IMG/VR virus record: IMGVR_UViG_3300031997_002780
Span: 7,919-71,918 of that record
Source of the DNA: a virus
DNA: 64,000 nt
Strand: one strand, 5' to 3'
In this document: piece after piece, positions 57,538 to 64,000 of the stretch
How the letters are laid out: every line of letters starts with the position of its first letter
Numbering within the stretch: position 1 is the first letter of the stretch
Notes under the pieces: generated by a model
Seen by the model: only the letters and a program-made list of their open reading frames with translations
What the model was told of the DNA's origin: nothing
The model's database searches: none
Translations under genes and position numbers: made by a program

Positions 57538-57588
57538 TTTCCTCCTTTCGCCTCCATCTTTTTTAACAGATTAAGACATTTTTATTAA

Positions 57589-59364
57589 TTAGATTTTTCC
57601 ACCGCGCCCTAAATTTTGTCCACCGCTCCGGGTATCCTCAGTTTCCTCTGAGATTTTTGTTATATCTTCTTGGGGTCTACCTGGCTTAGCGGGTTGTCCC
57701 GTAGCAGTTGTTTTTCCCTCGGGTTTAGCAGGAGTTGCCACACCGGGTACACCGGGGGCAGGTTTTGGATTCAATTTAGCTTGTTTTTCTGCAACCTTTT
57801 CTTGATTTTTAGCAGTTTGGTCTGCTAACTCCCGCTGGTTTTTAGCAGTTTGGTCAGTTAAATCTTTTTGCTGTTTACCTGTTATTTCCGCTATTTGCTT
57901 TTGACCTTCGAGAGCGGGTGGTTTAATCAAATCCATAAACCCACTCCCTTGTGCTTCTTCCAACTGTTTTCTTAATTGAGCGGGTTTCATTCCTATAGCA
58001 GCCGCTATTTTTTGAGGTAAAATAATCCCCACATTAAACAAAGTCATTATAGATTCTAATCTTTGTTGTCTGTTTAGGAAAAATTGTGTACCTTCAAAAA
58101 CAAATTTAAATTTAAACATCTTAGTGAATTTATTAATATAATAATTCATAAAGATATTAAATTGGTCATATAGCGCTGTCATCATTTGCTCATCAACATT
58201 CAAACTCAATTGAGTTTCAAGAACATTTGGCTTAATATCGCTTGTAAATATCAAGTTTGTGTTTACACCACTAGAAGCCAGTGTTGTTTTTAAATAACTA
58301 TCGTATAACTCATTTTCTGAGTCAAAACTAATACCCTTCATATCTTCCAAAGGCGCAGAAGCAACTTTAATAGCTTCATTAATACTGCTTTTTACTAATG
58401 CTAAGAATTTACCAAGTAAATCAGGGCTAATAGCAATCATATCTTTTACACTTGCTTTAGCGTCTCTGTTTAGCATTGGAACTTGACCGATAATCATTTT
58501 ACTTGCCGCAGCCATAGTTGCTTGCTTTTGAAGATTACGCATTAAAGATTGTAAAATCAAATCACTAAACAAAGGTGTAAAATATGGCAATCTAGTTGCG
58601 AGTTCAGGAGAATATTTAAAACATACACCAACATCGATAGGAATATCAACCCAATAAATCCAAGTCGAATTTCTCATCTCCGGTGGCATGGAAGGTATAT
58701 ATGGTTTTTGCTGATTTCCGTTTACCCATATTTCTTTATATTTCTTTCTAAAGAAATCTGGATACATGTTGATATCAACCCCAGGAATTAAAAACCAAAA
58801 CATATTAAAACTGAATAGAAAGCCACCTTCCCATCTTCCGGTTATTTTGCAATAATCGGCAGGAAGTTCTTGTAAAACAATACTATCTCCTAAATCTCTA
58901 ATAGCAGCAAAATATGCATCATTCCTTACCATTTGTTTAACAGCAATAGATAATTCTTTTTTATAAGCGAATTTTTCTAGAATGTCTTCTACTGTTTTTA
59001 GGTCTTTTTTATATTTCGGGGTTTCATAATCTTTAAGTTCTGCACTTGATGTATATGTAATATCAAACGCAAGCATATCAGCCATATAGGTGATAAGCCT
59101 TTTATAAACCATAGATTTCATTTCGAAATCTTGAGAAAAAGAGCGAAGTTGCAATTCGCTATCTTTAGGCGAAGAAAGTGCTGTATTAAGTTCACTTTCT
59201 GTAGCCGCCATTGGATTTAGGGTAATATCACGCATGCGTTGATTAATAAGTTCGGGGGTTAAATAGCCCTGTCCGTACATATTTGTCATTGCACGAGCAA
59301 ACTCTATAACTGACCAAACATTTTCTTCACTGATTAAATTTTCTTCATTTGTTTTATCTGTCAT
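57589..59364 (-). CDS. Portal protein
   Basis: 591 aa directly after the terminase; LR..S......YKR, LQELPADYCKITG....G..FSFN..F. Confidence 0.8.
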   Translation of the reverse strand: MTDKTNEENLISEENVWSVIEFARAMTNMYGQGYLTPELINQRMRDITLNPMAATESELNTALSSPKDSELQLRSFSQDFEMKSMVYKRLITYMADMLAFDITYTSSAELKDYETPKYKKDLKTVEDILEKFAYKKELSIAVKQMVRNDAYFAAIRDLGDSIVLQELPADYCKITGRWEGGFLFSFNMFWFLIPGVDINMYPDFFRKKYKEIWVNGNQQKPYIPSMPPEMRNSTWIYWVDIPIDVGVCFKYSPELATRLPYFTPLFSDLILQSLMRNLQKQATMAAASKMIIGQVPMLNRDAKASVKDMIAISPDLLGKFLALVKSSINEAIKVASAPLEDMKGISFDSENELYDSYLKTTLASSGVNTNLIFTSDIKPNVLETQLSLNVDEQMMTALYDQFNIFMNYYINKFTKMFKFKFVFEGTQFFLNRQQRLESIMTLFNVGIILPQKIAAAIGMKPAQLRKQLEEAQGSGFMDLIKPPALEGQKQIAEITGKQQKDLTDQTAKNQRELADQTAKNQEKVAEKQAKLNPKPAPGVPGVATPAKPEGKTTATGQPAKPGRPQEDITKISEETEDTRSGGQNLGRGGKI

Positions 59365-59989
59365 CTTGTGTTCTCCTTTCTAACCAATATCTTTTTAAAG
59401 ATTCGGAGAGTTTCTTTTTGGTTTCTTCGGAGTGTTTATATTTGCCCTTTTTTCTTGAAGGATTGTTTTTAAAGTATTCCGACAATTTTTCTTTTGTTTT
59501 TTCTAAAACGATATGATTCTTGTGACCATTCGACCTGTTTATATAAGCAATTTCTTTTTGGTCGTCGGTCCAATTTATAATTGTATTTTTTCTTTTTTTT
59601 ATTTGTTCTTTCGTTTGTTTTTTACCTTTTTGAGAATTAGACATTTTTATTTTTGTTTCTTCAGAATGTATATGCCCGGGAATTCCGTCTCCTCCATCTG
59701 TCATATTATAACCTGTATTTTTTGTATTGTATAGAGAAATATAAAAAATTTCTTTTTCTATTAATTCGCTTTCTTTACATTCTTCTATAATCCACAATTT
59801 GAAATTTTCTTCTCCATATTTATCCCACGCATTTTGAAGATGTTTGTTATCATGAATTTTATTTTTTAATTTCCATTTATGGTCAGACCATCTTGTTGTT
59901 ATATTTTTTCCTTTTCCAATATATTTCTTTTCATTAACTATATTTTCAATACAATAAATTCCTGTTTTAGTATAAATACTTTTTAGCAT
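59354..59989 (-). CDS. GIY-YIG homing endonuclease with NUMOD3 repeats
   Basis: GIYCIENIVN.KKYIG, GYNMTDGGDG, HSEETK.K.S. Confidence 0.9.
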   Translation of the reverse strand: MLKSIYTKTGIYCIENIVNEKKYIGKGKNITTRWSDHKWKLKNKIHDNKHLQNAWDKYGEENFKLWIIEECKESELIEKEIFYISLYNTKNTGYNMTDGGDGIPGHIHSEETKIKMSNSQKGKKQTKEQIKKRKNTIINWTDDQKEIAYINRSNGHKNHIVLEKTKEKLSEYFKNNPSRKKGKYKHSEETKKKLSESLKRYWLERRTQDDR

Positions 59990-60009
59990 AATTACCTCCT
60001 ATGGTAATT

Positions 60010-60090
60010 TCCTAATATATTTATTGAACGGAAGGAATTTAGGATTATTCTTTTCAAAATTGTTCATGACACAATTTCTATCCGTTCAAT
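60010..60090 (-). ncRNA. Candidate structured RNA (three-way junction plus pseudoknot), copy 2
   Basis: Minus strand: ATTGAACGGA TAG AAATTGT GTCATGA ACAATTT T GAAAA GAAT AATCCTAA ATTC CT TCCGTTCAAT AAATATA TTAGGA. Confidence 0.65.
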
Positions 60091-60095
60091 TATAT

Positions 60096-63037
60096 TTAAC
60101 CTCCTGATACTACAAACGACACACCTAGAAAAGCTTCCTCATCATCCCATTCGTTATATCTAAATCCTAATAATTCAATATCCATTAAAGATACATAGTA
60201 ATTAAGATAACTAACAGATGTATAACGGTCTTTTCTAGCACCACTTGGTTCGACCAATTTTACTAAACCGTTTGCGGGAGCCATTTCTAAAGCGATACTC
60301 TCGTTTATAAATAAGCTTGTTTGTAGATGGGATTGTAATAGATATGCTCTAATACCAGTATCGTCTTGGTCTAAGATATCTTTATTTCCTGACCTTATTA
60401 AAAATTCTTCTTCGCTATTATCATCAATTAAAAATGCGATTAATTTTTTCTTTAATCTCTCTCTAAATTTAACAGCAATTAGAGAGTTTAAAGGAGCAGT
60501 AGCAGAGATAGGAAATATACAGGCAAACGCATCTCTTCCGAGTGTTCTACCTATTAATTCATCATATACTTTCTGGTCAACTAATGCAGAATTCATTACG
60601 GTATAAGGTTTATATTCAACTCCTCTTATTTCATCCTTTGTTACTGAAGTTAGTGCATCAAAAACACTTATTCCTGCACTCGCTAAATCTAGAACGAGAG
60701 CATCTCCTTGAAATTCTTCGAATATTTGTTTTATTCTTAAAGCTTGTAAATTAGTATTTTTACCATTGTGGGATTCCATATAAACTATTTCTGTCATCCA
60801 ACCTTTTTTACTAGGTAATAATCTACCACAACTTATAATAGTATTATCGTTTGTAGAACCTGCCCTCATAGCAATATCAACAGAGACTATGCGCATTTCA
60901 TCAGATAGTTTTGGTATATCATAGTTATTTTTTCTGGTTGTCAAATATACTTCATCCCTGATTGGTCTCCAACTTCTTTTTATATTTCTATCGAATAGTC
61001 CGAGTTTATAAAAAGAAAGACTTGAAGAACCATAAGGTATATTTCCATACTCCATTAAAAAAGTTATGGGGTCCATATTGGACCTCTCTCTTATCATCTG
61101 ATTTTTTGTCTTTATACCATGATGAATTGAAATCGGGTAATCCAAAAACAATGCTTTGGTATTAGTATCCCCGTCTGCAATCATTTTTAAGAATTTCTTC
61201 GTTTCTGGATACCATTCATATGATTTGTAATGTGCAGAAGAAATAATAATCTCTTGTGGTTCCTCTCTAAGTTCTGCAATTTCTGAATATTTAGGATTTT
61301 TCATATAAGGTGCTTGGCGTGAAACAAGAAAGGGACGGATAATAGAATCTATAATTTCGTTGGGTATTAAACGTCTTTCTTCTAAAACTGTTACATTGCT
61401 GCGGTGCATTTGTTATCTGCGAAACTTTTTATTTTCGCATTCTTGAAATTTTTTTCTTTCAAGTTCAGCATATCTTTTTACCCCATTGGGGTAGGCGCAC
61501 TCTTGGATAAATTATATTCCATTTCGGGGTTCATCATCTATGCGTTGCGTGTGGCTATTTTTTTAATAATAGTCTTCCACTCGGATTAGCTTCTCAGCTT
61601 TCCCGTTTCTTGCGCCATTTTAAACGAACATTACTGCTCGTTGAAGCCATATAAATGTTTGTATTTTTTATATTTCTTATATTTTCTATCTAAAAATATA
61701 TTAGCATTATCATAGATATTAGAAAAAAATATCCTATGACTTTCTTTTCCTGTTAATCCACAATCAAAACCATCTTTGCTAATAAAAGTCTTTATATTAT
61801 ATTTGTTTAAAAATTCTTGGAAAGATTTTTTAAAATCTATAGAACCCGATGTTATTTTAGCTCTAAGCTGATTGCTTCTTTTGTCATAATAAATAGACCC
61901 ATCACCATCAAAATATCCTCGAATAAAACACCATATTAAATACTTGTTATCTAATTCAGGAAATTTAATATTCAAAGATTTATTTTTATAAACACCTAAT
62001 AGATTTAAATCGGAAACCATCTCTTTACTAAATATTCTTATTTGACAAATATAAGATATCCCAGTAAACTTTTCTTTTATATATCTAGGTTTTTTTTCAA
62101 AAAACGTTACAGGAACATTTCCATTTAAGCATTTATTAAATTTTTTTAAGTGTTCAAAATCATCCTTTTGTAATTGTATTGCTAATTCTTTATAAGAAGA
62201 AATATAACCGTCAGCATAAATAAACCCAAGCCAATATGCTGAAAACTCATTCAGTGGGGTCTTGAAAAAATCTATATCAAACATATATTTTCTTTCATTT
62301 TTTAAACCGAGCTTACATCTTTTGTTTTCAACAGACGATTCACTTCTCCCTAATTGTTTAGACATTTCTTTGATTGACATTTTAGGATGATTTTCTAAAA
62401 CAAAATCTATTTCTTCTTTTTTCCATTCTGATTGCATTTTATATGTTCCTCCATTTGGATTTATTTATATAAAATTATATTTAAACAAACATTTATTTTA
62501 TTAACCTCTACCGCCTTCTCCACTTACAACCACATTAATTTTTGAGCCATTAAAGAAGTCCATACGCCATTGATTCTGATTAGAAACGAGGTTAGAACAT
62601 TCTCTAGCGATATTGGGGTGCTCGTCTCTTAAAGACCTGCACTTTTCCGAAATAATTAGACCAGCTTGTGCTTTTGTAGAAGAAGCTAAAGCAACAGTAG
62701 TACCGGGATATAAAATACATCTCGCTATCGCTGCCACCCCTATTAACCAACTTTTAGCCGAAGCACGAGATGCTATTCCTACAAATTCTGTACTACGTGC
62801 CATTAGATTAATCCAAAAACGCTGATACGGATAGAGTTGCACACCCATGTAATGTTCCACAAAATATGATGGATTGTTCCGATAAAATGTGGTCCAACTT
62901 TTAATACGGTCACGCTTTGCTTGAGACATTTCCTTTTCCCCGACAAATTTTATCGGTTCATTGGCTCTAGTGTAATGCTTCATGTTTTTAAGTGGAGGAG
63001 TTAATGATTTTTTGTTTTTTTTCATGTTTTTCTCCAA
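60096..63037 (-). CDS. terL: Terminase large subunit; exons 63037-62504 and 61406-60096 (614 aa spliced)
   Basis: LYPYQ, ASRASAKS (Walker A-like), NGS.I; spliced GRG-HRSNVTVLEE (Walker B region); ISSA, MEY, SVDIA, KDRYTS. Confidence 0.88.
61407..62503 (-). mobile_element. Group I intron in terL (1097 nt)
   Basis: Exon ends GGU and pairs with IGS GCUUC; intron begins TAA; core AAACGGGAAAG..AATCCGAG; P7 GCATA/TATGC in AAGATATGCTGAAC; ends AACAAATG. Splicing is in frame. Confidence 0.87.
61631..62437 (-). CDS. Intron-encoded LAGLIDADG homing endonuclease with an N-terminal HTH
   Basis: AYWLGFIYADG and FIRGYFDGDG motifs. Confidence 0.92.
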   Translation of the reverse strand: MQSEWKKEEIDFVLENHPKMSIKEMSKQLGRSESSVENKRCKLGLKNERKYMFDIDFFKTPLNEFSAYWLGFIYADGYISSYKELAIQLQKDDFEHLKKFNKCLNGNVPVTFFEKKPRYIKEKFTGISYICQIRIFSKEMVSDLNLLGVYKNKSLNIKFPELDNKYLIWCFIRGYFDGDGSIYYDKRSNQLRAKITSGSIDFKKSFQEFLNKYNIKTFISKDGFDCGLTGKESHRIFFSNIYDNANIFLDRKYKKYKKYKHLYGFNEQ

Positions 63038-63040
63038 TCA

Positions 63041-64000
63041 TTAATTAACTCCATCATCAATATTGATAAAATTATTTATCTCTCCATCATCAAATTCTTT
63101 TTCCATTTCTTCATTTTCATCGGTGTTAAAATCTCGACTTCCCTGTATAAAATTCTTAAGAGGACGTACAATATATTTTTGAAAATACTCTTCAGTATTT
63201 CCAACATCTCTATAAATTTGTCCACGAGGGTCTGATTTTAACCATTCAGCGGGTTCATATCGCTCTATATCTACAATCCATTGCCCATAAGTATCTGCCC
63301 CGCTATTCATATCATTAGCTTTGGCTGTATATGGAGATATTTTTAAATTTTTCATTAATTCTTGTAATTCTTTTACGAGTTTATCCGTTGGGTCTTGTGC
63401 AAGTCTTGCTTTTTTAATATCTAGCATTGTTGTGCATACTTGTTTAAGTAATACAATTTCAGCATATGTATCTGCTGAGTGAGTATTTTTGAAATTAGCA
63501 TATTCTGTTTCTAAATATTCAATATCACCTCTATTCAAATCGTTTCCCCAAAATTTAACAATTTCCATAGGCATTGGAACACTTGAAGTATCAATTTGTT
63601 TTTCTGTGAAAATAGTTCCTACATCTTCATATTGAAAATCGTTTACACCGCCCTTGTTCATCGATTTTTTAGTAGCCGTTAGCTTCATCAGATAAATCGA
63701 AAATATAGCTTTTACATTTTTCCCATTTTCTAACATGGTTTGTATATGAGATTTTGTAGCATCAAGAGCTTCGTTTGTAAATTTAATATTAAATATTTGG
63801 CATAGACGATGTACTGTTTTTTCCATGCTGTTTAATTCTTTATATACAATATCAAAAATATCTTGTACGCAGTTTTTACACACAGAAAATTTGGTATTAC
63901 TATCTACTAAACCACCGTCCATAGCTTGATAAAAATTATCTTCCGGGAGAGATTTCATACATTTTCGGCAGTAGTATTTTTCTTTTTCATTATTTTCCAT
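63041..64000 (-). CDS. Zn-binding protein upstream of terL (possible terminase small subunit); start sits at the window edge
   Basis: CRKC...CKNC; WG......IEYLE.EY; G.WI.DIE..EPAE; abuts terL. Confidence 0.55.
   Translation of the reverse strand: MENNEKEKYYCRKCMKSLPEDNFYQAMDGGLVDSNTKFSVCKNCVQDIFDIVYKELNSMEKTVHRLCQIFNIKFTNEALDATKSHIQTMLENGKNVKAIFSIYLMKLTATKKSMNKGGVNDFQYEDVGTIFTEKQIDTSSVPMPMEIVKFWGNDLNRGDIEYLETEYANFKNTHSADTYAEIVLLKQVCTTMLDIKKARLAQDPTDKLVKELQELMKNLKISPYTAKANDMNSGADTYGQWIVDIERYEPAEWLKSDPRGQIYRDVGNTEEYFQKYIVRPLKNFIQGSRDFNTDENEEMEKEFDDGEINNFINIDDGVN

Noticed and set aside
1-64000. tRNA or rRNA genes
   Set aside because: No intergenic gap showed a cloverleaf or T-loop signature on reading; tRNAscan was not run.

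Overview
This window is part of a large, AT-rich tailed-phage genome (siphovirus-type, organised much like SPbeta-like phages) in two convergent arms that meet at a bidirectional terminator near 12.94 kb. The + arm (1-12913) carries replication and nucleotide-metabolism genes: a 5'-truncated replication initiator, a Prim-Pol/DnaB fusion, a Cas4/AddB-like nuclease, a family B polymerase, GMP reductase, a 5'-nucleotidase, a DUF1599-like protein, a class II ribonucleotide reductase split by two group I introns, and a MazG-like enzyme. The - arm (64000 to 12964) is the morphogenesis and lysis operon: terminase split by a third group I intron, portal, ferritin, protease/scaffold, capsid, neck, tail tube, RuvC, tyrosine recombinase, tape measure, Dit/Tal, a paralog-rich fibre region and a lysis cassette. 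Eight homing endonucleases are present. The most notable unannotated signals are: (1) a covarying three-way-junction plus pseudoknot RNA motif directly upstream of two GIY-YIG genes; (2) a four-copy CATAAAA-N6-TTTTA motif at late-gene junctions; (3) an unlisted 38-aa ORF that duplicates the tape-measure N-terminus; (4) strong S-[G/A]-S enrichment in virion proteins; (5) apparent GATC avoidance alongside a PD-(D/E)XK-like ORF. All calls come from reading the sequence by eye; no database searches were run.
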